64,000 nucleotides of DNA from Pachysolen tannophilus NRRL Y-2460 (Eukaryota), in assembly GCA_001661245.1 (NCBI GenBank), contig KV454015.1:1042924-1106923 (forward strand), written 5' to 3'. The notes under the pieces are model-generated. The model was not told the origin of the DNA. It did no database searches and saw only the letters and a list, made by a program, of their open reading frames with translations. The number at the start of each line of letters is the position of its first letter. Position 1 is the first letter of the stretch. This document shows, piece after piece, positions 32,876 to 44,244 of this stretch. The position numbers and the translations under genes were made by a program.

Positions 32876-34591
32876 TCAACTAATTTTCTTCTTTGGTAAA
32901 ATTTTCTCTATAATCAACTTTCTTTCGATTATTAAGAATATGCATAATAATGTGAATCCTAATATTGAACTTTTTACAAAATCAGTAAAATTAGAAACTT
33001 GGGTGTTTTTAATAACCATGGAATGAATCAAATAAATTATTATGGCTGAGATGGTGCAATAAAAGTTATTTGAATCGTTTAATAAAAGATTAGAAAGTAA
33101 ATTCATATCTTTATCATTAATAAATTTAGATAAAAACTTAAAACAGTAAACTATTCTAAGAAGCATATTAATAATATTGGCAATGATTAAACCAACTATT
33201 GATAAATTGAAAAATTTTATCAAGACAATTGAATTAAATATAAAAATAACCGAGGTTAGAATCATATATTTGGAATAATTTAAAATTTCTATTGAATCAT
33301 CAGCGAGTGAGTAAAAAATTGCTTCCATGATACCATTGATAGATAAGAATGGTAAATATAACCAATAAATTTTAAAAGTCTTGATAAAAAATTCTGATGA
33401 CCAATTTTTACCAACTATTAATTCTAATAAAAATTTTGTATTTGGTGGTGCAAAAATTAATATGAAAAATGATAAATACAAATAAAATTTAATTAATAAA
33501 TTTAAGATATTTATTAATAAATTTTTTTTCTGTAATTGTAAATAATGTTGTTGTTGATCTGAAGAAAATAATTTTGTTAAATATAATCTTAATGTTTCTT
33601 CAATTGGTGCAAAAATTAATCTAGTTATTAATGATCCATAATTATTAATTAATGCAAATATACCTTGTTCATCAATTGAACATAAATAATTAATTATAAA
33701 TTTATCACCTTCAGTTAATAAATATTTGAAAAGTAATTGTATTAATATATTTTTCCAATATTCAATTGCCTTTTTATCAAAATAGAAAAAATTATTATCA
33801 TTATTATCATTATCATTATCATTATTATTTTGAAATATTTTTTTCAAAAAAATAGTATTTTCTTTATATTTCTTATGATATTTATAATTTAATAAATATA
33901 ATGAAAAATTTGTTAATGAATAAAAAAATTGACCAATTACAAAACTTAATACATAACAACCATTATCAAGTTTCCCATTTGATTTTTTGTTAAAATATAT
34001 AAAACATGAAAATTGTAAAATACATTTTATTATTAAACTAATGCTTTCAATTTTAGTTCTAATTTTAAAATTTAATTCAAATTGATTTAAATTATAAAAA
34101 GGTTCTAATATTAATTCTAATATAATTGATCCCCAAATTAAAATAAATGAAATATTATGAAATTTATAATTCCAAATATTTAGTTGTGAACTTAATAAAA
34201 TAATTGAAATTGGTAATCCAATAATTATTGGAATATATGATAAATTTATTATTTTTTGAATTGTTCCAATAAAAGTATTATCATATATTTGATTTTTTTC
34301 ATCATTTTTTTTAATTTGATCATTTTTATTAATTCTCTGACATGCTAACCTTATACCTTCTCTACTATAAAATAATGAACATGAAATTAAAAATTCAATA
34401 AAACTTGTAATACCAAAGACATTAGAAGAAATATAACGTAATAATAATTGATTTAAAATAAAAGTGAAAATTTTGGTAAAAATTTGACCCATCATAAGAA
34501 ATGTCGCTCCAATAGCAGATTTATTCAACAATTTCAGATCAAGATTTCCCATTGAAGGCATTTTTATATTTTCAACATTTGATCTATCCAT
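32876..34591 (-). CDS. RFT1: Rft1, ER Man5GlcNAc2-PP-dolichol translocation protein
   Basis: GATFLMMGQIFTKIFTFILNQ, FYSREGIRLA, KYLLTEGDK, NYGSLITRLIFAPIEE and LSINGIMEA motifs. Confidence 0.93.
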   Translation of the reverse strand: MDRSNVENIKMPSMGNLDLKLLNKSAIGATFLMMGQIFTKIFTFILNQLLLRYISSNVFGITSFIEFLISCSLFYSREGIRLACQRINKNDQIKKNDEKNQIYDNTFIGTIQKIINLSYIPIIIGLPISIILLSSQLNIWNYKFHNISFILIWGSIILELILEPFYNLNQFELNFKIRTKIESISLIIKCILQFSCFIYFNKKSNGKLDNGCYVLSFVIGQFFYSLTNFSLYLLNYKYHKKYKENTIFLKKIFQNNNDNDNDNNDNNFFYFDKKAIEYWKNILIQLLFKYLLTEGDKFIINYLCSIDEQGIFALINNYGSLITRLIFAPIEETLRLYLTKLFSSDQQQHYLQLQKKNLLINILNLLIKFYLYLSFFILIFAPPNTKFLLELIVGKNWSSEFFIKTFKIYWLYLPFLSINGIMEAIFYSLADDSIEILNYSKYMILTSVIFIFNSIVLIKFFNLSIVGLIIANIINMLLRIVYCFKFLSKFINDKDMNLLSNLLLNDSNNFYCTISAIIIYLIHSMVIKNTQVSNFTDFVKSSILGFTLLCIFLIIERKLIIEKILPKKKIS

Positions 34592-34669
34592 ATTTCATAT
34601 ACCTTCCATTCCTTAACAACAAGAACCTTAACAAACAAAAAAAAAAAAAAAGAGTATTACTAAATTTAC

Positions 34670-34982
34670 NNNNNNNNNNNNNNNNNNNNNNNNNNNNNNN
34701 NNNNNNNNNNNNNNNNNNNNNNNNNNNNNNNNNNNNNNNNNNNNNNNNNNNNNNNNNNNNNNNNNNNNNNNNNNNNNNNNNNNNNNNNNNNNNNNNNNNN
34801 NNNNNNNNNNNNNNNNNNNNNNNNNNNNNNNNNNNNNNNNNNNNNNNNNNNNNNNNNNNNNNNNNNNNNNNNNNNNNNNNNNNNNNNNNNNNNNNNNNNN
34901 NNNNNNNNNNNNNNNNNNNNNNNNNNNNNNNNNNNNNNNNNNNNNNNNNNNNNNNNNNNNNNNNNNNNNNNNNNNNNNNNNN
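34670..34982. other. Scaffold gap (N run)
   Basis: Run of Ns. Confidence 0.99.
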
Positions 34983-35170
34983 AGGTATTTAAAAAAAAAA
35001 AAAAAAAAAAAAAAAATCAAATTATTAGTAATTTTGAATAATTTATGGAATTAACAACTGTATATCTTGTTTAGATCCAAACCCTAACTAATTATACCAC
35101 CTATTTACCCATCATAGTAGTATATATATATACTATATATATATATATAGTATATTTCACCTATACTATA

Positions 35171-35470
35171 CTAGCCACATTTAAATATTCAAACTAGGAA
35201 ATTTTGAGCACCTTAAAAAAAATTTACATCACATTTACACGCCACCAAAAATACCATAACTTCCCAATTGGGACTTTAGCGAAAAAATTTTAAAAAAAAA
35301 GACAAAGTCAGTTACCGGAATAGGAAACTCAAGTTTTTTTCTTAGTGTTTTTGCTATTCCGGTTGTGGCGTGTGTCTCTTTCTCTCTAATTTTTTTTTCG
35401 TCTTTTTCGTTTTTGCGAGTGCAACAAGACCCATCACAAAAGAAGTGAAAGAGCTAGCATATTGCTATTA
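35171..35470 (+). ncRNA. Candidate structured non-coding element (unidentified)
   Basis: Nested inverted repeats ACACGCCAC/GTGGCGTGT, ACCGGAATAG/CTATTCCGGT, GACTTT/AAAGTC and CTCTTTC/GAAAGAG, downstream of AACCCTAA and a TATA tract. Confidence 0.3.
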
Positions 35471-35987
35471 CAGATAATAATAATTATATATGGAAAAGTA
35501 AAAGTAAAAAGTTAAAGGAAGAGGAAAACATTGTTGATCAATAAAGATTCTTTTTTTTTTTATTTTTTTTTAAGATAAAGTTTATATATAGGAGTACTCA
35601 TTAATAGAAAGAAACAAGTTAGAAATTCATCTATTAAAAGATTGAATATTGTTTTGTACTTTCTATAGAAATTGGTTAGCAAGAAATAAAAAAAAAGGTT
35701 TCTTCCTGGTAACGAACGATCCATTCAGTTTGGGAAATATATTTATATATATATATAAATTATTATTTTAAATATCTTTGATTTTTAAAAGATATTTATA
35801 ATTTTGGTTATTGGGGTGTGTGTTGTTGTTGTTGATCTAGGCGTTTTGTTGTATTCTTAAATATTATTAAAATTTAAGATTTTTGTTTGCTGTATTGCAA
35901 AAAAAAAATTTTTACTTTCTTTTCTTTTATTTGGTTTTGATTTTGGTTTCTTTTCATCTTGGACAATTAAATTGCTTTTAAAAAGTT

Positions 35988-38213
35988 ATGTTTTTGAAAA
36001 GAAGAGATAAACCTACAGTTTTAACACAACTTTTGGAATTATATAATGATGTTGCTAATCAATCATTATTTAATTTATCCTTGGAAGAAAATAATAAACA
36101 AGCAGAAGCTTTACAAGGTTGGAAATCTTTACATACATCATTATTATTTAAAATTGATACATTGGAAAAAATAATTAACCAATCTTCTTTAACAGCTGAA
36201 GAAAATAATCTTTTAGAAGAAATTAAGATTTTAAAAGCACAAAGTGATGAACATTTAGAAAGATTACAAAAAAAATTTGAAATTTATTTAAAATCTAATA
36301 ATTCTAATAATTCAAATATTAATAATAATCCTTCTTCTGCATCTTCAAGATATAATGTTCCAACATTAAGATCAAGTAATCCTCAATTGATGAAGAAATA
36401 TAATCAAAGTGCAAGAAAACCAATGATTAAAAGTTTAAGGCTGCAACAACCTTCTCATTCTTCATCATCATCATTATCAACTACTTCAGCAACACGAAAT
36501 GCTCAAACAGCTGCAACATTATCTTGGAAAAATGAAGATATTAATAAATTTTCAAATTGGTCTCCTTCAACAAGTTTAAACCCAAAAAATTCAAAATCAT
36601 ATTCTACAACAAATATTCAAAGTAGTAATAATGAAATTAATAATACTCATAATTATAATAATCATAATCAAATTAGTCAAAAAAATGGATCTAATGGGAA
36701 TGATTTTGATGATTTTAGTACTTTGGATATACAAACATTGAAAAGAAATGAAGCTTTAGAACAATTAGAAAAAATGGCAACTAGTTCCAAAAATGCAAGA
36801 CATTTATTTGATAATAAAAGTGATGAAAATATTAATCATCTTAATAAAAATTTTAGTACTTTAAGAGTTTCGAAAACTAATAATACAGGAACAACAAAGC
36901 AACCAACAAGAAAACCACCACCACCACCACCATCATCAACTTCATCTCCTCCTCCTCTTGCTCATGCTCCTGCTCCTGCTCCTCCTTCTGTGCCAAGTTC
37001 GAAATTACATCATCACACAGCTAAGACATCTAACTCCGCATCTAATCTTCAAGTAAAAAAACAAATGCAACAAGCTAAAGATGTTTCAAGATCAAATTCA
37101 AAAGAACATTTAATAAAACATCAATCACCATCTCCAGGGAGGCATAATAAGAAAGATAGAGTTAAGAACAATGATAAATATTGTGAAGATTCAGAACCTG
37201 ATAATGAATATTTGGATAGTACAGATTCTTTGGACTCAGATGAAGGTAATTCAACTGATGATTCTGATGAAAAATTAATAAGATCTTTAAGAGGAGTGGA
37301 TCCTTTCCTGGCAAAACAAATCTTGAATGAAATTGTGGTTCAAGGTGATGAAGTTCATTGGGATGATATTTCTGGATTAGAAGTTGCTAAAAATTCTTTA
37401 AAAGAAGCAGTTGTTTATCCATTTTTAAGGCCTGACTTGTTTAGTGGGCTTAGAGAACCAGCAAGAGGAATGCTTTTGTTTGGACCTCCAGGGACAGGGA
37501 AAACAATGTTAGCAAGAGCAGTAGCAACTGAGTCTAAGTCAACTTTTTTTTCAATATCGGCTTCTTCTTTGACTTCAAAATATCTTGGAGAATCAGAGAA
37601 ATTGGTTAGAGCATTATTTCAATTGGCTAAAAAATTGGCACCTTCAATTATATTTGTTGATGAAATTGACTCTTTATTATCATCTAGAAATAATGAGGGA
37701 GAAAATGAATCATCGAGAAGAATTAAAAATGAATTTTTAGTACAATGGTCAGATTTAACTAAAGCAGCAGCAGGTAAAGATCAAGGTGAAGATTTACAAA
37801 GAGTACTAGTACTAGCTGCCACTAATTTGCCATGGGCAATAGATGAAGCTGCAAGGCGTAGATTTGTAAGAAGACAATATATTCCTTTACCAGAACATGA
37901 AACAAGGAAGCAACAACTTCAAAAATTATTAGGATATCAAAATCATAGCTTAACACCAGATGATTTACATACATTAACTGAACTAACAGAAGGATTTAGT
38001 GGAAGCGATATAACGGCTTTGGCTAAGGATGCTGCAATGGGTCCTTTGAGACAATTGGGGGATAAATTATTGTTGACAAATAAAAATGAAATTAGACCTA
38101 TAAACATAACTGATTTTTCAAATTCATTAAACTATATCAGACCTAGTGTTTCAAAAGAAGGATTACTGGAGTTTGAAGATTGGGCCAAGCAATATGGCTC
38201 CTCCGGAGTATGA
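35988..38213 (+). CDS. SAP1: Spastin/fidgetin-like AAA ATPase Sap1/Yta6
   Basis: [32 protein letters not shown] and AARRRF motifs; adjacent to CAJ1 and TPA1, as in S. cerevisiae. Confidence 0.9.
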   Translation: MFLKRRDKPTVLTQLLELYNDVANQSLFNLSLEENNKQAEALQGWKSLHTSLLFKIDTLEKIINQSSLTAEENNLLEEIKILKAQSDEHLERLQKKFEIYLKSNNSNNSNINNNPSSASSRYNVPTLRSSNPQLMKKYNQSARKPMIKSLRLQQPSHSSSSSLSTTSATRNAQTAATLSWKNEDINKFSNWSPSTSLNPKNSKSYSTTNIQSSNNEINNTHNYNNHNQISQKNGSNGNDFDDFSTLDIQTLKRNEALEQLEKMATSSKNARHLFDNKSDENINHLNKNFSTLRVSKTNNTGTTKQPTRKPPPPPPSSTSSPPPLAHAPAPAPPSVPSSKLHHHTAKTSNSASNLQVKKQMQQAKDVSRSNSKEHLIKHQSPSPGRHNKKDRVKNNDKYCEDSEPDNEYLDSTDSLDSDEGNSTDDSDEKLIRSLRGVDPFLAKQILNEIVVQGDEVHWDDISGLEVAKNSLKEAVVYPFLRPDLFSGLREPARGMLLFGPPGTGKTMLARAVATESKSTFFSISASSLTSKYLGESEKLVRALFQLAKKLAPSIIFVDEIDSLLSSRNNEGENESSRRIKNEFLVQWSDLTKAAAGKDQGEDLQRVLVLAATNLPWAIDEAARRRFVRRQYIPLPEHETRKQQLQKLLGYQNHSLTPDDLHTLTELTEGFSGSDITALAKDAAMGPLRQLGDKLLLTNKNEIRPINITDFSNSLNYIRPSVSKEGLLEFEDWAKQYGSSGV

Positions 38214-38238
38214 AATTCTTGTTTGTTGGTTGTTTTTT

Positions 38239-38296
<58 letters not shown>

Positions 38297-38853
38297 CTTT
38301 CTTTTAATATCATTATTTATTTTTGTTTTGCCTTTAATATTTTCGTTTATCTTCAAAAACTTTTTTTGCATAGACATTTGATGATACAGTTTAGAAAAAG
38401 CATATTTGGTTTTATAGGTAACCGTTGAGAGTTATTTCAACATGTTGTGATGTTATCAACACGAATTGGAAACCCCTGATTTTTATAGCTTTTTTTTGTT
38501 TTCTTTGCGTCTTGCAACTGATGATGCATATTCTTGTACCTTTCCTTTTGCTCATGTCCTTCATTATACTATACCCTAAAGATATTAATAAAATAATGTA
38601 ATTTATTATTCGTGTATTAAGTCTAACATAAATTCTCAAAAGTTTACATAGATGATCAATAATTACAAGTAGGTAAAAAGGTGAAACGATAAAAATAAGA
38701 AAATATAATAACAACAAAAACGAATTGTAAATAACAAATCTAAAGACTCAAAGCAATAGAAAATAGAAACAAAAGTTATAAACAAAAACAAAAAAAGAAA
38801 AAAAAAAAAAAAATATGCTCTTAAAAGTCAATCAACGTCTTTCAAACTTTAGA

Positions 38854-40176
38854 TTAAACATGAGTGCTTTTTGAATTCAATGAGTCGATAGGTTTTCCTT
38901 CTTCGTCGAGGTAAACATAAACTGTCTTTTGTTGTTGCTGTTGTTGTTGTCTAAACTTTTTAGCTTTTTTCTCCTTAGCTTCGTTCATCAATTCTTCGAA
39001 TACTTGAGCTTCTTTCTCTTCTTCTGGAGTTCTCTTGGCATTTTTAAATTCGGTACCAATAATTATCAATGCTCTTGCTCTTAATAATCTAATTTTAGGA
39101 TCCAATTTTTTATCGTTTAAAACATTATCACAAACTTTATTCAAAGTAGATTGTATTTCATATTTTGAAGATGACCAAGCAGTGGCTAAAAACTTTCCTG
39201 TTATTGTTCTTTCCATCTCTGCTCTTGTATAATCATCTAAGGAATCACCATTTGATTCTTGGAATTTGGCTAATTCTTCCATCGTCTGTTGTGCTTCCAT
39301 TGCTGTTGACAAGATATTCCAAAAGTTCTTGGCATTATCCGTTTTTTGTTTCATTGAAGTAAAAATTTTTGAAAATTTCCCAGTTACCATTTTTTGAGAT
39401 TTTATAAAAGAAGAGGCTTTGAAAATATAAATCTTACCGATTAAATGTAAAATATTTAATCCAAAAGATTCCATTTTTAAATCATCGATTTCCTTTGTTA
39501 ATTGTGACTTAAATTTTGAAAGCAGTTCTTCATTTATATCCTTACCGCTAGAAGAATCTATAAGATAATTTATTTTTGAAAGTAATTTTTCACTCAAATC
39601 TTTTATTCTTTGAAGTTTTTCGGCTTTTTGTTCTTCACGTAATTGCATCAATTTTTCTCTTTGCTCAGCAGTCATTCTCTTCTTTTCAGGATGTCCAGAA
39701 TTTGGAGATCCCGAAGTCTTATTATCATCCGGATGTAAAACGTCTTTACCAGATGCTGAACCCGTTCCGGTTACAGATGTTGCCGATTGATTCCCCTTTT
39801 CAGAACTTACATTTTCTTCAGTAATATCCAAAATTTCAGCACTCTTTGATAAATCTTTTAACATTGTTAATTCTCCAATCCAATCTCTAAATGCATCACC
39901 ACCAAAAATAGTTGCAAAAAATTCAGTAGGATCAGCAAAACCTTCTTCAGGTACAGAACTTTCCTTTCCGAGTTCATCATAATTTTTCCTTAATTTTGGA
40001 TCTTTTAAAACTTGATATGCTTCACCAATTTCTTGAAATTTTTCTTGAGCATCCTTCCCAGGATTCTTATCAGGATGATACTTCAATGCTAATTTTCTAT
40101 ATGCTTTTTTAATATCAGTATCTGAAGCATCAGTGGGAACACCTAAGATGTCATAATACTCTGTGTCCTTAACCAT
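38854..40176 (-). CDS. CAJ1: J-domain / DnaJ-X co-chaperone
   Basis: [15 protein letters not shown] motif, [13 protein letters not shown] and LKMESFG; synteny with SAP1 and TPA1. Confidence 0.88.
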   Translation of the reverse strand: MVKDTEYYDILGVPTDASDTDIKKAYRKLALKYHPDKNPGKDAQEKFQEIGEAYQVLKDPKLRKNYDELGKESSVPEEGFADPTEFFATIFGGDAFRDWIGELTMLKDLSKSAEILDITEENVSSEKGNQSATSVTGTGSASGKDVLHPDDNKTSGSPNSGHPEKKRMTAEQREKLMQLREEQKAEKLQRIKDLSEKLLSKINYLIDSSSGKDINEELLSKFKSQLTKEIDDLKMESFGLNILHLIGKIYIFKASSFIKSQKMVTGKFSKIFTSMKQKTDNAKNFWNILSTAMEAQQTMEELAKFQESNGDSLDDYTRAEMERTITGKFLATAWSSSKYEIQSTLNKVCDNVLNDKKLDPKIRLLRARALIIIGTEFKNAKRTPEEEKEAQVFEELMNEAKEKKAKKFRQQQQQQQKTVYVYLDEEGKPIDSLNSKSTHV

Positions 40177-40486
40177 TTTAAATTATTTCCAGTATTTAGA
40201 AAACCTATTTCAATCAGTAAAATTTAAATATCAAATCACCTTAATAAACAACCTGAATCTAAATTAATAATGAAAAAAAAAATTTTTCTTTATCTTAAGT
40301 TTTAGCAAAAGATAAATGTTCAACTTAACTTCAAAGGCAAATACTTAATTATTAAGACACTTTTTACTATAATAATGTTATTAACTCCTAAAAATACAAA
40401 AAAATACAAAAAAAAAAAAAAAAAAATTAAAATGAAAAATAAAACAGGTCGTGCATTCGTGAACCGAAATAGTCCGTTTTACCAAC

Positions 40487-42370
40487 TTAACAAGAATAGT
40501 TCTTTGCGTTCCATTGACCACTTATATCGAATCTACTTCCGTTTGCGTTGAAGCTAACGTATTTGATGAACTTTAAGACGTTGGGGTCCCTTAGGATCAA
40601 GGTTAGTTTGTTCCAGCAAGCCTGTGAAGAATAAACAACACTGTCACTATTTTCAGAGCTTCGATAAATTGCAGCATCGTCATCTTCACCATTTTCATCA
40701 TCGGTAATCATGCATAACTCATAGCCCCCAAATTCACCATTTTCCCATCCTCTTGTTGGGGTTAAATTTAAAGTAGCTTCTAAGATACAATCTAGAACCA
40801 GTTCGTCTTCATCCTTTGGTAATAGTGTTGCTAAGATAAAATCATGACCTGGTCTAAACCTTCTTATTAAAATTTGATCTTTTATAAGTACCAACTGTGT
40901 TATTAAAACTAACCATTTTCTAAAAGATTTTGATTTGAAAAAAGAAGCTAATTCACATAATTTTGAAGAAACTTGTGAACTTGAATCATCACCTGATGAA
41001 GCATCTGATGCAGTATTTGCTGAAGCATTTGATGAAGCATTTGATACGGCATTAATCAAGTTTTTAACTAAACTAAAATTTGGTAATTCTTGTGGCCCAC
41101 AATTATTCACAAAATTTATGTCATCTGCTGAATCAATTTTTTCCTCATGTTGACCATCTATATACAAAAATCTTTGCTTATGAGGAGGAACAGCTTGTTT
41201 CCAAGGAAATTTAACTTCTGATTGTCTCGAAGGCATTTTAGGTAATTCATTTAATTCAAAATCTCTAATTAATTTATGCAAATGTGTACTATATTTTGGA
41301 TTAATAAAATCTTTTATATCAATAAAACCTTGGTCAGCGAAAAAATCACTAATTTGAATCATTGTCTCTGTTTTTAATAAATTTGGACTCATAAATTTCT
41401 CCAAATATGAAATATCAGTAGTACTTAAATATTTATTAGAAATAGCATCTTTATTAACCAATTCATCATAAATTTTAATTTCCTCCTTACTTATATCATT
41501 TCTATTAATTTTTGGGAAATCATATTCTTGTAATTCTTGTGATTCCAATTGTTGTAACGTAGATTTGGCAGTTTCTTCTTGTTCTCCAGGTATAAATCCG
41601 TCTTCACCTTCCTGTGGGATATGAAACCATCCTTGAATAGATAATCTTTGTTTATCAACATAAACTTCTTCAACGTCATGAAATGATAAACCTGGTTGTA
41701 CAGTGAAAAAAGCAATTTGATTGAATTGAGGAGTCAATTTACAATGATAATCAGTTTTAGGAACATTTGGAACAACAGAATCAAATAATCTTAATGAACC
41801 TCCATAATGAGGTTTCCAAGTTTTATCAGGATCCGGTAAGTATAAGATAAAACTTACTCGTCTGGAACCAATTACATCATCATGGGTCAATAAATGACAT
41901 GATTTGGTGTAAGTATTTATGGACATATCTGTCTTTATACCACTTAATTTACCACACCCAGTAACATAAGAAATGAAATCTCTAAAAGTCTGAGAATATA
42001 TAGCAGATCTTAATTTATATAACGAAGGTAATCTGGATAAATCATCCCAATTTAAACCTGATAAATTGGCCAAATCTCCACTTTGGAAAACTTTATAAAT
42101 ATCAGTTTCTTTCTTAGTGAAATGAATCTCATTTAAAACTTCTTTCCTGACATTCCTAAGTAATTCATCGTTCATAAGTTCTCTTATTGTACCCCATTTA
42201 TAAGGTTGAGAATCTTTTACCTCATTTTTCAACTCATCTCTAAAATCTTGATTAAAAATTTTGGAACTAAAATATACTTCCACTTTTGAATTTACATCGT
42301 TATCTATCTTTTTTGAGGTCTCATTTATGATTTGACCATCATGTGGTCTTTTTCCATTGCTCTGTGTCAT
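40487..42370 (-). CDS. TPA1: uS12 prolyl 3,4-dihydroxylase (2OG-Fe(II) dioxygenase)
   Basis: FTKKETDIYKV.QSGDLANLSGL, HLLTHDDVIGSRR, SFHDVEEV and RLSIQGWFH motifs. Confidence 0.96.
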   Translation of the reverse strand: MTQSNGKRPHDGQIINETSKKIDNDVNSKVEVYFSSKIFNQDFRDELKNEVKDSQPYKWGTIRELMNDELLRNVRKEVLNEIHFTKKETDIYKVFQSGDLANLSGLNWDDLSRLPSLYKLRSAIYSQTFRDFISYVTGCGKLSGIKTDMSINTYTKSCHLLTHDDVIGSRRVSFILYLPDPDKTWKPHYGGSLRLFDSVVPNVPKTDYHCKLTPQFNQIAFFTVQPGLSFHDVEEVYVDKQRLSIQGWFHIPQEGEDGFIPGEQEETAKSTLQQLESQELQEYDFPKINRNDISKEEIKIYDELVNKDAISNKYLSTTDISYLEKFMSPNLLKTETMIQISDFFADQGFIDIKDFINPKYSTHLHKLIRDFELNELPKMPSRQSEVKFPWKQAVPPHKQRFLYIDGQHEEKIDSADDINFVNNCGPQELPNFSLVKNLINAVSNASSNASANTASDASSGDDSSSQVSSKLCELASFFKSKSFRKWLVLITQLVLIKDQILIRRFRPGHDFILATLLPKDEDELVLDCILEATLNLTPTRGWENGEFGGYELCMITDDENGEDDDAAIYRSSENSDSVVYSSQACWNKLTLILRDPNVLKFIKYVSFNANGSRFDISGQWNAKNYSC

Positions 42371-42554
42371 TGTCAGAATGTTTTAAAAAATTCATACAAG
42401 TTTGTACTCTAGAGATGAAAATAGAGAGAAACAAGAAAAATGAAAAAAAAGTGAAAAAATAAAAAAATAAAAAAATAAAAAAAAAATGAGATGATGTTAT
42501 AATTTTTTTGCGTTTTTAATGTCTGTTGTTTTATTATTAAAATTATAATTTACA

Positions 42555-43766
42555 CTACCTTGTTTTTTTCTTGATTCCACCATTATTAGCTACGTTTTTC
42601 CTTTTCTTTACCATTGAAGTCAAATCATTAACACCAGTTGGAATTTTTTGTTGTTTTTGTTGCAGTTGACTAGATCCAGAAACATTGCTAGCACTTTCTC
42701 CTAATAAATTTTTCATTATTATTTCCTTTTCCAGCTTCAATTCCTCTTCTGGATCTTTTTCTAAATCTTTCAATCTAGCTTCTAAATCCAGAATTAAATC
42801 ATCATCTTTTTCCTTTTGATTTTTAACAATAAGCAATGCATTTTGCATTTCTTTTGCAGCTCGAGGTCTACTTTGTGGATCATCAATACAAAATTCCAAA
42901 GCCAATGATAATTTATAATGACTTTCTGAAATTAATTTCGAATTTGATGGATATAATTTTTTTCTTAATCCTAAAGATTTTTCTAAATCAGCCAGAGATT
43001 GTTTAAAATTTTCCAGTTCCAATGAAACTTCACCCAAAATATCGTATGTTTCTGATAATTTTTTCAAAGTTTTTATATATTCATTTGATGAATTTTCATC
43101 ATCCGAGCTTAAAAAGGGCATTTCCTGAGGTATTAAAGAAGGAGATTTTTGCTTTTCTAGTTCTTCCAATTGATGTTCAAAAAGTGATCTGGTCATATCT
43201 AGTATTTCCCAAGCAAATTCAAAATCACCAGGTTCATCTTCTTCTTTTGATTCTTGTACTTCTTTTGCATCTTCTGTACTATCCTTTTCCTTTTCTTCTC
43301 GATCCCGAGCTAGCTCCTTTGCTTCTTCTTCTTCTTCTTCTTCTCCTTCTTCTTCTTCTTCCTCCTCCTCTGCTAAAGGAGCACCTTCACTGAATTGAAA
43401 GTTACCGCTGTTATCAGCGGTAACTTCTGTTTCTCTATCACCACCTTGAACCTTGCCTTGGCTTTTGCCTTTGCCTTTGCCTTCACCTTTTCCTTTTCCC
43501 AATTCCTCCTCTTCTTCCTCCACTTCTTCTTCTTCTTCACCTTCAGCATCTCCACCAACTCCGCCAAATACCTCACTTCGGGAAACACCATACTGAAATA
43601 ACGATTTCCCATATAAAAATAATAAATCAGCATCATCTTTACCATTCACCTCATTGTACAATTCGCAAGCCTCTCCATATTTTGAACAAGAATTCTCATA
43701 ATCCTTCAAAGCATAAAGCCTAGAAGCCTCTGTTAGCAACTTATTAATTTTTTCTGAATACAGCAT
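42555..43766 (-). CDS. HIF1: NASP/Hif1/Sim3 histone chaperone (SHNi-TPR)
   Basis: Interrupted TPR with acidic insert, DFEFAWEILD, LGEVSLELENF, ESHYKLSLALEF and C-terminal VNDLTSMVKKRK. First ATG at 43766. Confidence 0.88.
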   Translation of the reverse strand: MLYSEKINKLLTEASRLYALKDYENSCSKYGEACELYNEVNGKDDADLLFLYGKSLFQYGVSRSEVFGGVGGDAEGEEEEEVEEEEEELGKGKGEGKGKGKSQGKVQGGDRETEVTADNSGNFQFSEGAPLAEEEEEEEEGEEEEEEEAKELARDREEKEKDSTEDAKEVQESKEEDEPGDFEFAWEILDMTRSLFEHQLEELEKQKSPSLIPQEMPFLSSDDENSSNEYIKTLKKLSETYDILGEVSLELENFKQSLADLEKSLGLRKKLYPSNSKLISESHYKLSLALEFCIDDPQSRPRAAKEMQNALLIVKNQKEKDDDLILDLEARLKDLEKDPEEELKLEKEIIMKNLLGESASNVSGSSQLQQKQQKIPTGVNDLTSMVKKRKNVANNGGIKKKTR

Positions 43767-43859
43767 CTCTAACACTAACCGCCAATACAATCAAATAAAA
43801 TACTATTATTATAGCTTTGTTTAATCTATTTCTTTCTTTCTCTCTTTTTTTATTTTTTT

Positions 43860-43865
43860 ACGCGT
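43860..43865. promoter_or_regulatory. MCB element
   Basis: ACGCGT about 95 bp upstream of HIF1, in the divergent HIF1/CDC3 promoter. Confidence 0.5.
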
Positions 43866-44244
43866 TCTAAGTATTGGGGCGGGAAAAAAAACAGTTAAAA
43901 GAAAGAAAAAAAAAGTCTAGAAGAAAAGCAACCACGAGAAAAAGCCTCCAAAATCATTCAACAGCCCCTCAAAATCAACAGTCGTGTCGGCGGCTACAAA
44001 TGTTTTTTCTTTTTTTTTGAAATTCATTTTTGTGTAACGCTCAGCAAAAAAAACAAAAAAAAAAAAACAAATTCAGAACAAGCAAGATCAAAGAAAAAAT
44101 ATATATATAAAATCCCAATGTTATTAATAAATTTAATTTCTTAAAATTAAGACATAATTTAATTTATATAATTATATTTGTTCTGAGGTACTATCTATAT
44201 ATTATATATATATATATATATATTAGGGTATTAATTGGATAAAG

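Noticed and set aside
32876..34591. Extreme AT richness of RFT1 as a sign of foreign origin
   Set aside because: Conserved eukaryotic gene in its expected syntenic position; the bias reflects Ile/Phe/Asn/Lys content and genome-wide AT pressure.
35076..35090. CAAACCCTAAC as a telomerase template or telomeric repeat
   Set aside because: Single short copy, more simply a Tbf1-type site; no other telomerase RNA hallmark could be confirmed.
38379..38717. Possible C/D snoRNA (TGATGA at 38379, CTGA at 38476) or 101-aa ORF between SAP1 and CAJ1
   Set aside because: No terminal stem, no rRNA-complementary guide I could recognise and no protein motif; the region lies between convergent 3' ends.
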